The position numbers and the translations under genes are program-made. A DNA stretch of 64,000 bases from Macrostomum lignano (taxonomy: Eukaryota). The stretch covers positions 1,612,001 through 1,676,000 of the forward strand of contig NIVC01000012.1 of NCBI GenBank assembly GCA_002269645.1, given 5' to 3'. Below the pieces are notes generated by a model that made no database searches, was not told where the DNA came from, and saw only the letters and a program-made list of their open reading frames with translations. Numbering within the stretch: position 1 is the first letter of the stretch; each line of letters opens with the position of its first letter. This document shows, piece by piece, positions 62,661-64,000 of this stretch.

Positions 62661-63254
62661 ATATCAACGGGAGGTTCGTCCTCTTTTAAGTGATTAACGC
62701 CAAGTCAAGCAGACGATCTTGACTTGGCGTTAATCACTTCCAAGTTCTTCTTCCTCTTCTTCTTTTTCCAACTTCTTTTTTTTCCTCTTCCAACTTCTTC
62801 TTCCAAGTCAAGCAGACGACTGAAAAGAGATTTTCAAAAGCATATAACTTCAAATGACGAAACACGAGACATGATGTAATGATTGACGCAAAATGCGTGA
62901 AGCACATATTTACTGATACGTGTTTGATAGTGACGCAGTTACACAGTAATCGAAGAATTTAAATTGGCAGATTTCATACATAAAGTGATACCGTATAAAT
63001 GTAGAGTCCCCATATTGGTGGATCGTGATGCCGCTCTTAAGATTCATTCACAGTGTCATCAAAGTGGTTGTGGAAGTACGCATCTGCTGTACAAATGACT
63101 GACCATTGATGTAAAGATCGTGTGAACGTATGAACCTTTGCCATATTTGATGCCTGTGTGAATGAGTCTTATAACGTTCATAGATAAAGTTGAAGACGTT
63201 TATAAATACGTCATAGAAAAGCAGTGCTAATATCAAAAGCCTAACTGGCGGATA

Positions 63255-63568
63255 CAAGTCCGTTCTGACAGTTCCTGTGCACGCGTATTCTATTGCAACC
63301 GATCACTGTTCGCAGCTCAATTTACGAGTTTCGTTCGCAGCGCGCCTGTCTGAGTGATGAAGGTCGCATCGGTCTCCCACTCACCCTACTCGCATGACTT
63401 TGCCCCCTGCGACTTTTTCCTGTTTCCGACAGTCTTTTGAGCAGTGGTTTCGCCTAATGGAGAAGTGCATTGCTGTTGGAGGGAGTTACTTTAAAAAAGT
63501 TTAGAGTTTTGTTTTGTTATTAGCATTATAACCGTTCCATTCTAAAAACTTTTGGAGTGACCCTCGTA
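63255..63568 (+). mobile_element. Mariner (Tc1/mariner) relic, 3' end
   Basis: HSPYSHDFAPCDFFLFP at 63378 matches the mariner HPPYSPDLAPxDF.LF motif; the terminus AAAACTTTTGGAGTGACCCTCG|TA is mariner-like. The 5' boundary is uncertain. Confidence 0.75.
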
Positions 63569-64000
63569 TACAGGGCAGCAACATGCACAGAAACTGTCTG
63601 ACTGAACTAGACAAAAATATACACACTGCCTCACAGATCAGAAATTTGATGAACGGGGCAGTCGCCGTCCCTGTGCGTACACTCGGGAACAAAGTCCTTC
63701 GGTATGGAGCACAGCAACTCGTTGATCGAACAAGATCGCCGACCCGGTCAGGCACTAGCCCCATGCTGTCGAAAGCGTCTCTGCGACGCGTCGCCTCGTC
63801 GCCGGCGCACTTGAACAGTTCGACGCTGGGCTCACCGGCATCAAAATTTAAATAGTGGCCTTCGACGACGACAATCATAATGCTGTAGCATAATACAATA
63901 TGCGGCAGACATTTGCGCTCGTTTGGCCCAGTTTTCATCAGTCTGGCGCAGTGCGTCAGTTATTCGGCGACGACCGCCGCCGCTGTATCCTTGACGACCG

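Noticed and set aside
63501-63938. Overlapping 145-aa and 90-aa ORFs at the window end
   Set aside because: No recognisable domain; partly overlaps the mariner terminus; noted only as unassigned coding-like DNA.

Overview
Eukaryotic (metazoan) genomic DNA, very rich in tandem repeats, with spliceosomal introns. The gene set, short GT-AG introns and satellite-packed introns resemble a free-living flatworm such as Macrostomum (inference only). Genes with frame-consistent splice models: CAMTA (CG-1, TIG, ankyrin, IQ; +), ISCA2 (+), a 109-aa stand-alone CS/p23-like protein (+), ABHD8 (-) and eIF4H (+). Damaged genes on the minus strand: a CUB-like/C-type-lectin/TM/PPxY receptor, an HROB-like OB-fold gene and a coiled-coil + BEN-domain gene. 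Mobile DNA: a Ty3/Gypsy retrotransposon lacking its 5' LTR; three head-to-tail non-autonomous Helitron-like units (49.6-60.6 kb), each carrying a tRNA-like Pol III head and two internal minisatellites; two tRNA/CORE SINEs; an RTE LINE 3' end; a MITE with a 9-bp TSD; foldback elements; and a mariner relic. More than 20 distinct tandem arrays fill introns and gene flanks. Most long ORFs in the supplied track are translations of these arrays and are not genes. All domain calls come from recalled motifs; no searches were run.
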